NCBI RefSeq assembly: GCF_030144855.1
Contig: NW_026781408.1
Coordinates: forward strand, 62,001-126,000
Length of the DNA: 64,000 nucleotides
Reading direction: 5' to 3'
From: Hypanus sabinus
Lineage: Eukaryota
Part shown: in pieces, positions 25,191 through 36,544 of the stretch
How the letters are laid out: each line of letters opens with the position of its first letter
Position numbering within the stretch: position 1 is the first letter of the stretch
Notes under the pieces: generated by a model
Databases searched by the model: none
The model's input: the letters and a program-made list of their open reading frames with translations, nothing else
Told to the model about the DNA's origin: nothing
Position numbers and translations under genes: made by a program

Positions 25191-27419
25191 TCCCCATTTG
25201 TGTGGAAATATTAGACAGACTGAGCTTCTGATCTGGAACCAAAGTAGGAAACTGAACTGTTGTCATTTCTGAGGAAAGCAAATATATGGAAAAGGATTCA
25301 ATCTCACATTACGATCCGCGGTAACTGGGAACTGGTGACCGGTGATGGGTCTCCCATATCAATATCAGAATCAGATTTAATAGCACCGGCATATGACATG
25401 AAATTCGTTGTCCCTGCGGCAGCAGTAGAACCTAATTCATAACAATAGATTTTAACAATTGTAATTTAAAATAAGAATATACTTATATATATAGTACAAA
25501 AATAGAAAAAAAATGTAATAAGCTATTTTAATTGTGTGGAGCAATTTGACTGACTGGGTGTTGCTTTAGAAATTCTGAAGTGAAGCTGAACTAAACTTTA
25601 CACATTTTTGAGAAACTCAGAGAAATGCAAAAGGCTAAATTCTCACATAAACGGGTCAGACACCCAGAAACATTGGCAGCACTTCAGCACCTCAAAACAG
25701 TGGAATGAAACATGCAGAAAGTATTGCAGAGAAAAACCATATTGTCCACCACAACGAGAGGACGTGACAGATCCGGATCTCACTGCCTTGTCTGAACGGG
25801 GAAGATGAAGCTACACGTACACGTAGAGCAGTGACCCGCAGATGCTGCCGATCTGCAGAAAAACGTGAACAGGAACCGGGATCAGGTGACGGGTGGAGGG
25901 TCTCCCTCCTGAACTGGTGACTCTGCTCCTCGCCCCTCACATGCTGCCCGACCCATCCACCGCATTCCCCACATTATTCCATATTTACCCCAGATACATG
26001 ATTATTTTTCCACACCATATCTTCCCCGATCCTTTTCCCTCCACGTCCAGGTCACAGAGTCACCGGCTCAATTCCCATCCAGGTCCAAAACATAACTCAG
26101 ACGCAAAAAGGAAATGTTCACGTTTCATTTAAATCAGTTTTGTGTTTCTAAACACTAATTTCTATTCACATTCCTCCAGAGCCTTGCTGGACAGGAACAC
26201 TGAAACATCAAGTGAGAAACAGCAGGAGGCAATTCAGCCCCTCTAACCATCAGCAAGTTGGCGGCTGCTCACCCATCTCAGCCACGTGTTTCTGCCCTAT
26301 CCTCATTTCCTCCATCCCTTCGGTCTCCACACATCTGTTTTACGTGCGGACAATCACTGAGTCTTCACCGCCCTCTGTGGTGGGGATTTATAAACATTCA
26401 CCACCCTCGGAATGGAGACATTTCCCCTCATCTCAGACCCGGGCAGTCCACCCCTGTTTCAGAGACTGAGATCCCTGGTTCAACCGGTAATGATGTTGTG
26501 CATTTCAATGTTCACCTTTCAGTCCTCGTTTTTCTAAATGAAAGGGTTATCACATTTGATCTTTCTTCATATGATGACCCCACCACCCCAGGGATCAGTC
26601 TTCATTGTATCTTCATTGCACTCTCTCTAACAAATACTCTCTAACCTCTTTGTTCATCCTCGATGGAATTAATTTCCATCTTCTGCAGCCCCGTGTTGCC
26701 CCAACCACTCACCTCCCACCCCTGTCACTATTTCCACCTTCCCACCTCCCCCTCACCTGAATCCACCTCTCACTCCCCAGCTCTTGCCCCATCCCCACCC
26801 CTCACCTCTTTTCTCTGACTATTTCCCGTCCACTCTCAGTCCAGAGGGAGAGTCTCGGCCCGAAATGTTGACGGTCCATTTCCCTCCACAGATGCTGCCC
26901 GACCCACTGAGTTCCTCCGGCAGTTTGTTCTTTGGTCTGTATAACCCGTGTTAGTTTGGGGAGCGGGATTTTACACCATATTCCAGGTACAATCTCAACA
27001 AAGCACAAATAATTGTCACTTTGCCCGGACCACCGGCCCCGCTTGCAGGGCAACAGTCTGCCGGTGTTTGCCCCCCATGTGGTGAATCCCTCTGCTCGAC
27101 ACCACCGTGGGCTCAGACATTTCCACAGCTGAGCCCCTCCTGTCCCCACTGGGACAAACATCCTGTCCGCCCCCTCTCTCAGCATCTTCATCCTGTCAAT
27201 AAAATCCCTCCCTCCCCGGGGAAACGGCATCGAACCGACGGGCCGAGCGGATACATCAGACTCCGGCCGCAGGAGACGGTTCACAAACGCCCCAACTTCC
27301 CTCGGAGGGAAATGGAAATAAATCAGAAAGCGGACATTTACTTTGAGGTTTTCTCCGCTCTGAGGAGGCGCTCGGCGCTCGAGCGGGAGACGAACTCAGC
27401 GGGGTAACGCCCACTCGGC

Positions 27420-27720
27420 CTGTCCGCCTCCGCCACTGGTTGTAACCAGTGATTGACATCGCTTCGCACCAATAGGAATAGCGCAGCTCCTGAACACTCT
27501 GTTGGCAGCGGTGGGGGAGGGGCTGGTCACGTGATTATTAGCCCAGCCGTTAAACCGATAAAGCTCGAGCACAGCAGCGCGTGGGTGACGTAAGACACCG
27601 CGCACGTGAGGGCAGATCCCGGTGTGGGGAGCCCATGTGTGACGTCAGGCGCGTGGGAACTGTGTCTGACGTCACCTGTGGGCGAGCGCTGGCATTTAAA
27701 AGCACCTTAATGGACTTTTC
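27420..27720. promoter_or_regulatory. CpG-rich copy of the promoter module: CCAAT, USF-type E-box, three CRE/ATF sites
   Basis: CCAAT 27469, GTCACGTGA 27526, TGACGTAA 27586, TGACGTCA 27640 and 27667. Confidence 0.7.
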
Positions 27721-28849
27721 AGTGGGACAACATTAATGACGGGTTTCATCACTGAATCCAGTGTTGTGGGATGTAAAGTCCCCTGTTATGTGTCCGGCTG
27801 TGCCGTGTTGTTGGTGGAGTGGGCAGCGTGGTGTTTGTCTCGATTCGGGTCACAACACCAGAATTGCCAGCGGGGTCCACACGCAGTGTATTAGTCAACA
27901 GAAAACACTGTGTGTATTCTCAAGTGAGGAGTCTGTGTGGAGATGCAGCTTCCCTGGAGGTGGACCAAAAAGGACACACCAACAGGTGGAACCAGCTGCG
28001 GGAAGACATGATTTTTCAGGTCTGATGACGAGCTGAATGTACCATAACCTTCAGACTGAATCAGAAAACCATTCTGAGGGTATTTGAAACGTCAGAAGCA
28101 GAGGAGATGTGATCCTATGTCTCCATCAGACCTCAGTGAGATGGTTCCAGTTATAAAGTGCAGGGATGAAAGCACAGTGTTTGGGGTCTGATTTAATCAC
28201 TGATTCTGACACAGTGAGAGGGTTAGTTTTGCTGTAAGGAAGCAACATTAATGCAAGAAGACACAGGAACTTCATCAGTTGCCAGTTGTTTAGCAGAAGT
28301 GACCAATCTCTATGCTACTTTGACAGAAACAGATATTCCCAGAGGTGAGAAAGGGGTGCAGTCTGGTTTATTTCAGTTTGGAGAGGGGTGTGGAGTTTTG
28401 AAATCAATGCCTCGCGGTGCCACCATCGTTAATTTAGCATGTCCGGATTGGTGGATCACACAGCACGGGAACAGGCCTCTGGCCGGCAATACCTGTTCTG
28501 ACCAGCCACTCACTGTCCACACGGGTCCCATTCATCAGCACTTGGTTCACAGCCGACTGTATCTCGGCAGTTTCAATGCTCATCCTCTTCGTAAATGTTG
28601 TGAAGGGACCTGCCTCCACCACCACCTCGGGCAGTGAGTTCCAGATTTCAGCTACCCTGGTGACACCGGCTCCTCCGCTGTTGTGCGGGGTAGGGTTGTT
28701 ACCTTTGGGGTGGGGGGGGGGCTCGATGTTATTGTTCCCTTTTGTCCAGAGGGGTGGGGTTTGTAGATTGATGATCGGGATGCCGTTCTTTTTTTAAGCT
28801 GGGGTTGGGGTGGGAGTTTGATTTTTCTCTCTGAACGACTTTCATGCTG

Positions 28850-29300
28850 GGACTCACAAACACAACAGCTCGTTAGTGCCGCTGTATCTGTCAGTTCACC
28901 AGCGCTTGAAAGCAACCGATCCTTGAATGTGGAGACGGAGATGCTGGAGAAGACAGCGCCCCACTCGCTGCAAGGAGAGCCCGAACACGTGCCCATGTCC
29001 GTGATCTGATTGGATACATCGCCATGACGTTCAGAGCAGTGAGATATCATTCCCTGGGTCTCATTTTGGAAGGGATTCAGTCGGCCATCGCAGATTCACC
29101 AACAGCTTCGCACTGGGAAGCGGCCGTTCACCTGCTCCGTGTGTGTGAAGAGACTCATTCAGTGAACCCACCTTGTGATGCACCGGTGAGTTCACAATAA
29201 ATAGAGGCCACATTTCTGTCCGGAGTGAGCAAAGAGTTTCACTCAATCATCCCAGCTGCGGCAACACCAGCAACTTCACATCAGGGAGGAAGTTCAAATC
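28850..29300 (+). pseudogene. Degenerate C2H2 zinc-finger exon remnant
   Basis: CGGCCGTTCACCTGCTCCGTGTGTGTGAAGAGACTC (RPFTCSVCVKRL) with stops. A paralog lies at 51588-52040. Confidence 0.75.
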
Positions 29301-29724
29301 AGCTCCGTGTTAAATGTTTAACCATCACGGTGATGAAGGCAGCTGCAGGTTCATGAGGGACTGTTACTGTCAGATTCTGCAGTTCTTGCGGCTGCTCATC
29401 GCACCCAGGACTGAACCCTGGTCACTGAGCATTGGAGGAGTCTGTTCTGCTGATGTTAGACTTAAACTAGACTGATGTTTAATATTGTGGAGCTGTGAAA
29501 GATAAATCAGTTTGTATCAAATCCCGTGTCTCAGGTTCTTATCGTCTCTAACACACTCACAATGTACACTAGAGTGGCCACTCTGTCCATCTGGTCCCTG
29601 CCCATGTTTCTGTTCCATATCAGTATATTAAAATCTACCCCTGCCGTTCCCCCTCTCACTCTCCCTGTGATGACAGGTTACAACTAGTCACCGCTCCGTG
29701 GAATAGGAGATTTCTCTTGAATTT

Positions 29725-30090
29725 CAGAGAATCATAGAAATCTACAACACATTACAGACGCTTTGGCCCACAATGTTGCGCCGACCATGTAACTTACACT
29801 AGAAACTGCTTTAAAATTACCCTACCGCATAGCCACCTATTTTCCTAAGCTCCGTGTACCTATCATAGGACTCTTAAAATACTCTATTGTATTCGCTTCT
29901 GCCACCATCGCTGGCAATGCATTCCACACAAACACCACTCTTTGCTTTAAAACCTTAGCTCTGACATCTCCTCTGTACCTACTTCCAAGCAGCTTAAACC
30001 TATTCCCCCTCGTGTTAGCCGTTTCTGCCCTGGGAAAAAAAGCCCCTGGCTATCCACACGACCAATGCCTCTCATCATCTTATACACCTG
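29725..30090 (-). mobile_element. CR1 3'-end fragment (paralog at 52445-52810)
   Basis: QVYKMMRGIGRVD on the minus strand plus the 3' UTR and tail. Confidence 0.8.
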
Positions 30091-30269
30091 CATGAATTCC
30101 CTGCATGATTTTCTCCGGGTTGAACAAGACGATGAGCTCACTGTGGTTGTGACGTTGTTCAGGGCTCCGGACGAAGTTGGTTAAACTCCTTCTTCTCCGC
30201 TCTTTTCAATGTTTTGTGTCATTTTCACCTATTTTAAAGGACTTTGACTCACAGCTGGGTTGTTGCAAT

Positions 30270-30945
30270 TTTTACGTACCAGCAGCAATAGATCACTAAC
30301 GGAGTCTGGTTTCGATGTTAAAACTACTCTCTTCATTAGTATCTACTCCAAATCTAAAAGATTGAACGAAATAAACAGCAATTAACGGTGTTGTACGTAT
30401 TCCAAACTATTGGGAAACAATGCTTAAAGTCTTAAGATGGTAAAGTGGAAAAGTTCAGTAATCCACGGAATAAGTGAGTGAGAGGAGAGATTTGTAAATC
30501 CACACGAAGATGTAGAGAGAAGGCAATTACGAAGAATTCCACACACATTCCACGCTGGATAAACGAAATAACAGTCGCAGAAGATCGTATCCGGCGATTA
30601 GTTCCGAAATCCACTTAGAAATATCACCAGGTGACAGTGACAGGAATATCGTCTTCAAGTGGTTACCACAGAACACCCCGATTCCAGGTAAGGGAAATCC
30701 ACACATCTGGATGATACGAAGTGACAGTCACACATCCGTTGTGCACTGCATGCCGATGATCAACCCAATCTTTTGGGCATAGCAGTGACAAGCTGAAGTC
30801 TCTCTCACTCTTCCTCTCTTCCTCTCCCTCTCCTCCCCCCTCTGTCTCTCTGTCTCTGCTGCAGCGCCTGTGTGACGTCACAGACCCGCCTCACTCAGGC
30901 ACTTAAAGCGACACTCACAGTAAACGAACCTGCGGTCTCGTAACA
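30270..30945 (-). mobile_element. Solo LTR with a 4-bp TSD (CAAT)
   Basis: T(T)TTAC..CGTAACA termini and CAAT at 30266-30269 and 30946-30949. The empty site GTTGCAATGCACC is at about 52984. The U5 end resembles the ZNF-abutting LTR. Confidence 0.88.
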
Positions 30946-31569
30946 CAATGCACCTCTAAAGTCTGACAGCAGACTGGCGAGTGAATCTTCGATGGAGCAG
31001 AGTCGGAAACCAAAGAGTTGCCAGCCTGAGTCAGGCTTTGCGGCTCCAGAGAGAGAATGGGTCTGGAGTTTACGAGGAAGAGGAGAGGGAAGAAACAGAC
31101 CAACAGGATATGGCTACAAAAGGAAAATCAGAAAAATTTGGAAAAAAGATTGTTAGTTTCTGCAAAATACTGGTGGAAATCAAAAGATTAGGCAGCAATT
31201 GTGGAGAGGAATAAATAAACAACTTTTAGACCGAGCCTCTTCAGCATGCCTAGACTGTGGACTCCACTGCTTAGTTACTACCTGAACTGCAGAGCTCCTC
31301 CAGCATTTTGTGTGTGTGCGCGTCTCTGTATGTCCAGCCACTGCAGAATCTCTTGTGTTTTATATCCACATTTTACATTGGCATTAGATACACGTGGATA
31401 TTGAATACATTGTTTATGTGAGCCGCTTCCTGCGTTAAAAAAGCTTCAGATTTTTTCTATATACCCGAAAAAAAAATGAGATATGGACATTGAATCGGTG
31501 CTTCAAGAACTGTTTAATGGCACCGGTATTACCCAAAAGGCCCTGCCAGAATAATTCTTATCAGGCACT

Positions 31570-31670
31570 GAAGCGCTGATGAACTGCGCAGGCGTCAGGC
31601 TGACGGCGTCCCCGAGTATCACGCATGCGCGCAGCACATGAGGCCTTGAAAATGTCGGTTGCAGGTAAGA
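31570..31670 (+). promoter_or_regulatory. Putative promoter and first exon of ZNF gene A
   Basis: NRF1-like TGCGCAGGCG (31585) and CGCATGCGC (31622), YY1-like AAAATGTCGG, donor CAG|GTAAGA at 31665. Conserved at 53630-53715. Confidence 0.65.
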
Positions 31671-31927
31671 GCGATTCTCCGTGTTTTTATCTTAAACACC
31701 GACTTCGGGATAATTCCTCTGAATTTCGGAGACCGTGACCAGCAACCCCGGGACAGTCCTGCCCTCTTCCCTCTCTCTCAGCCCCACGACCCGTACACGG
31801 GCCCCGGGGAGCTTCCGGCTGATGAGGGAATGGGAACCGATGGATCTCTCAGACAGAGCTGAGCTCCAGCTATCTAAATGCAAGGATTAGGAACTCGGAG
31901 AAAGGGAACAAAATCTTTTACATCACC

Positions 31928-34544
31928 CATCTGTGGACACTCTCTGGAGGTCCAAGATTCGTATGTTACACGACTGCTGGACTAAGTGTGTAAATGTAGG
32001 AGTGGACTATGCTGAAAAATAGATGTGCTAGATTTTCTAAAATTGACTCCTTCTACCTTAGGCCACAACCTTATCTGTCATTCCTTATTTATTTATTTAT
32101 TTATTTATCTATCTATCTATCTAGCTATCTATCTATCCATCTATCTATATTATATATATGGAAAAGCAGTATAACATTAGATGATCCAGCATAAGATGAA
32201 AGTTTAAACCTTAGCCTTTGTTTTAAATCAATACTTAGTCTTTTCTGTGATTAGAAAATCGGAATCTTGGTTAAATTACTGGACATAAAGTATGGTGAGG
32301 TGCATTGCTAGCATTGTAGATTAGCAAATATTCTACTGTGGATTGGACTTCCAGAGCACAGTTATTGGATATCCACAGGACAGTACTGTCAAAGACTAAG
32401 ATGGTACTTTCAAATAGAATTGGAAAGGAAATGAGAGGGAATTTTTGAGTGATGCAGAGCAAGAGAAAAGGATTGGAATTGAGAGGATAGTTCTGGTTGA
32501 TGATCTCCTTTCATGCCAACAATAATTTTATAAAATTGTTCTGTGATTCTGTGTGAAGCTTTCCCTGGTCATTTGCCACCTCTTCTTGTGATTCTGCTCC
32601 TAAATGTGAAGACGTGGAGAAGTGAGTTTAAAATTATGCCATTGAACTGGTTGTAAGAATGGACCACACCTATTGGTCCTCATTTGGTTTATTCGGAGCC
32701 TTGTCAATAGCATGAATAACTGAATAAACATCTCATTAGAATGGGGTAGATTAAATTGAATATATAGGATCTTTAAATTATACCCCTTCCCACTTATTAT
32801 TTTCGCTGGAAAAGAGATGTTGAAATTCTAAGTAATCCTGACTAAAGTGTATTAATGTTTGAAAAAAAAAGCTCAAGGTCAAATAAGTGTGAAACATTTG
32901 TAGAGTATTTTATAGGAAGGGACATTAAAGACATTCATCATTCATGCTGATTTTTCCTCCCAGCACTGCCGCAAATACACAAACCACCCCACCTCCCTTC
33001 AAATCTACTCCATGCTATGCCTGATGAACCAGCCAAGATTAGCAGTTCACCATCTGTGGGAAAAATTGAGTACAAATACCTAATAAGGTTGGGATGTGTA
33101 CATTCGTCTCCCAATTTATGATGTAGGAGCATTGACATTATGCTGCTTTGTGTGTAAAATATACAATCCTCTTTGTTCAATTCTTTATTAGCTCGTGAAC
33201 TTACAAGTTTGCTTCAGGGAGTTAAGCAATTTAATTTTAAACAACAGCATGAATTGACAAATGTTACCAATTTTAAATAGCAAAAAGTTTATAGTATTTT
33301 TTTCCTGGGAAAAAATAGAAGTGGGGAAAAAAAAGACTTTTGGTCTGAAGTTTGAATAGTGTTATCATGTGACTGCATTTTTCAAAAGAAAAGAACAAAG
33401 ATTGTAGTTATCCAAATGCAGAAGGGTTAATCCTACGTTAAACTTGTGAATTAGGATTAAGAGATCCAAGATAATGTTAATTTAATGAAATAATTTAAAT
33501 CCAATTAATGCTTTAAATCTACACTATATGTTCAAGAATGCATTTTAGGTAGCTCAACACCTCAAGCAGGTCAGTCAGGTATCTCTGCTCCCTTTAAACT
33601 CGCACGTTTCTGTTTCCCAGATGCCTTTGAAACTTACTTTGACCTTATTTTCTGAGCTTCTTTTAAACTTGGAGGTTATGTGGAACACATCATTCTGTAA
33701 TGTGATGTCTAAAAACAGTGATTTGGAAGTGAGGTATGATATATTAATATGAGAACATCTAATAATACAGAAAATCTGCTGGTCCGACACCCAAGACCCA
33801 ACCATGGCAGGTTCACTAAGTTTTACTGTGGTTCGTCACATGTTTGGAGGGCTGTCGCCTGAAAGTAATGATCATTAATCACCATCAATGTTACATAGTT
33901 CACACTGAAAATAAAAGCACAAGGGAGAAATCGGCCTCTGCCGCACCTTTTTTTCAGAGTGCTCAGTGGTTCATTTGAAATCAGGTCCAGAATTTTTCTG
34001 CACTTCTGATGGGAAATCTGTTGGATGTGTTTCTGACAAACAAACACCCAAAAAATGTAATGAGTCAATGCACCAAGTGGATTGAACGCCAGCACTTTTG
34101 AACAGTGTGTTTCAGCCTATTCTGTTTCAATCTTTATGAAATGTGAAATAATATGAAAGGTCTAGAACTTGATTGAGGGCTAAAAGATTACGAGAGGCAT
34201 AGACAGGGTGGATAGTCAGTACCCGTTTCCCAGGGCACCAACAGCAAACACCAGAGGGCATATGTATAAAATTAAGGGAGGGAAGTTCAGGGGAGACATC
34301 AGGGGTAAGTTTTTTTTTTACACAGAGGGTTGTGAGTGACTGGAATGACTTGCCAGGGGTGATGGTGGAGGCTAAAACATTAGGGGTATTTAACAGCCTC
34401 TTGGACAGGCACATGGATGAAAGAAAAATGGAGGGTTACGGGGTAGTGTGGGTTTAGTTCTTTTTTTTAAGGTTTATATGGGTTGGCACAACATGGAGGG
34501 CTGAAGGGCCTGTACTGTGCTGTAGTGTTCTATTCTATGGCTCT
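31928..34544 (+). mobile_element. Composite retro-insertion: about 2.2 kb of unique sequence plus a CR1 3' end, with an 18-bp TSD
   Basis: AAAATCTTTTACATCACC at 31910-31927 and 34545-34562. CR1 3' end and tail at about 34170-34544. Absent from the paralog at about 53945. Confidence 0.85.
32085..32160. repeat. (ATTT)n/(ATCT)n microsatellite
   Basis: Read directly from the sequence. Confidence 0.9.
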
Positions 34545-34959
34545 AAAATCTTTTACATCACCAGTTGAGAAAATCATCTTTGATCTACCTCCAATCACAA
34601 AGAGGAAATCTGCAGGTGCTGGAAATCCAAGCTACACACACAAATTGCTGGAGGAATTCAGCATTAGTACTCTTTTCCATAGATGCTGCCTGGCCTGCTG
34701 AGTTCCTCCAGCATTTTGTGTCTGTTGCTTGTTCTACCTCCTCTCGGTCTGCATTTTTCTACCAGTGAGAACACGCTTCCACCAATTCTGTCTGGCTACG
34801 TAATGATATCAAACACCTTTGCCCCGGGCAACAAGTAGCTTTCACATCAGAAATGTGCCAGACTCCAGGGAGATGGACTACTGTCCTTAAAGGCAGTATT
34901 CCTTGGCATTACCATCACTGAGTTCTCCACTGTCAGTCACCTGGGTGAGACTTGAGGGG

Positions 34960-35230
34960 AAATACTTATGTACAATACCGTCTGTATTGTTGCTGTAGAA
35001 TTTTCAAGTGGGAAGAAGTGGAGTGATATTTGGAAATCTGAAATTGAAAGCATCATTTAGCAAGAAAATCACAAATAGGTGGTTTGCAAAAGCTGTGGCG
35101 AGTAAATCCTTCATTAACCTGTTACATAGGTTGTGTGAGAGTGCAGATGAACTCGATCAAGACTCAACCAGAGGAGATTAAAGTTCTTACTGACAGTGAT
35201 TTGCTCGCTGTTGAAATGAAAACCTCTCTA
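34960..35230 (+). mobile_element. Possible hAT transposase N-terminal (TTF-type zinc finger) relic; paralog at 54335-54483
   Basis: Reads CTCLHFGDAKFAGEFASGKK..IWKSDFLKHHLVRKLH in copy B and EEIKVLTDSDLLAVEM in copy A. Confidence 0.4.
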
Positions 35231-35784
35231 TATAAAATTCAGTTTGCACATGTTGTTGTCACTGGGTAAAAATTGTACAGTACAAGGTTTTTGCACACAC
35301 TGGTCATTACAAATTAGAGGGGATATTGGTGGGAAGGCGGGGAGACCTCCAGTGTCCCTGACGTCCTCACGTATATCCAGCTGCACTTTAAGGAGTTGGA
35401 GCTGGAAATGGATGAATTCCGCATCATCCAAGCGTCAGAGGGTGTGATAGGTATGACGAGCAGAGAGGTGAGTTGTACCCAGGGTGCAGGACACAGGAAA
35501 CTGGGTGAGAGTCAGGAAGGAGAATGTTAAATAGCCATCGCCGAGTACTCTTGTTGCTATCCCACACAACAACAGGTGGACACTTTAGAAACTGTTGGGG
35601 GGAATTACCTGGCAGAGGAAAGTCAAAGGGGTGATAGGGGATTTGTTAGTTAGTGGAACAGAACTAGAAAGGGATGAGTATCCTAGTGGCAAGGCTTGCT
35701 GGTGCTCCCCTGTGGGGTGGGTGGTTAAACTAAAGTTGCAGGGAGGATCGGAGCCAGAATGACAGAACAGAGAGTGGAGAGGGT

Positions 35785-36540
35785 GAATTGAATCGAATTG
35801 ACTTTATTACTTACATTCTTCATACATGAGTTGTAGAAATCTTTATGTTATGTCTCTGTCTAAATGTGCAATGTTAAATTTTTTAATAGTTTATAATAAA
35901 TAGTATGTACAACAGGACAGTCAGGATAAATAAAAGTACAATTGTATCAGCATGAATTAATCAATCAGAGGGCCTGGTGGAAGAAGCTGTCCCTGGGCCT
36001 GTTGATCCGGGCTTTCAGGCTGTGCTACCGTTTCCCAGATGGTAGCAGCTGGAACAGTTTGTGGTTGGGGTGGCTCTGGTCCCCAATGATCCTTTTTACA
36101 CAGTGGTCCTTTTTACACACCTGTTTTTGTCAATGTGCTGAATAGTGAGAAGTTCACATCTACATATGCGCTGGGCTGTCCGCACCACTCTCTGCAGGGT
36201 CCTGCAACTGAGTGAAGTACAGCACCCATACCAGGCAGTGATGCAGCCAGTCAGGATGCTCTCAATTGTGCCCCTGTGGAAAGTTGTTAGTATTTGGGGC
36301 CCCGTCCCACACTTCCTGAACCGCCTGCGGTGAAAGTGGTGCTGTTGTGCCTTTTTCACCACACAGCCAGTATGTACAGACCAGGTGAGATCCTCGGTGT
36401 TGTGTGTGCCAGGGAACTTAAAGCTGTTCACCCTCTCAACCGCAGATCCTGGGTCAGCCTGTCTCCATTTCTCCTGTAGTCTGCAGCCAGCTCCTTTGTT
36501 TCAGTGACATTGAGGGCAAGGTTCATTTTTGACACCAAAC
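35785..36540 (-). mobile_element. Rex1-like LINE 3' fragment
   Basis: FKFPGTHNTEDLTWS..KKAQQ..TIESILTGCITAWYG, with a (ATTCA)n tail. Confidence 0.85.
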
Positions 36541-36544
36541 AGAT

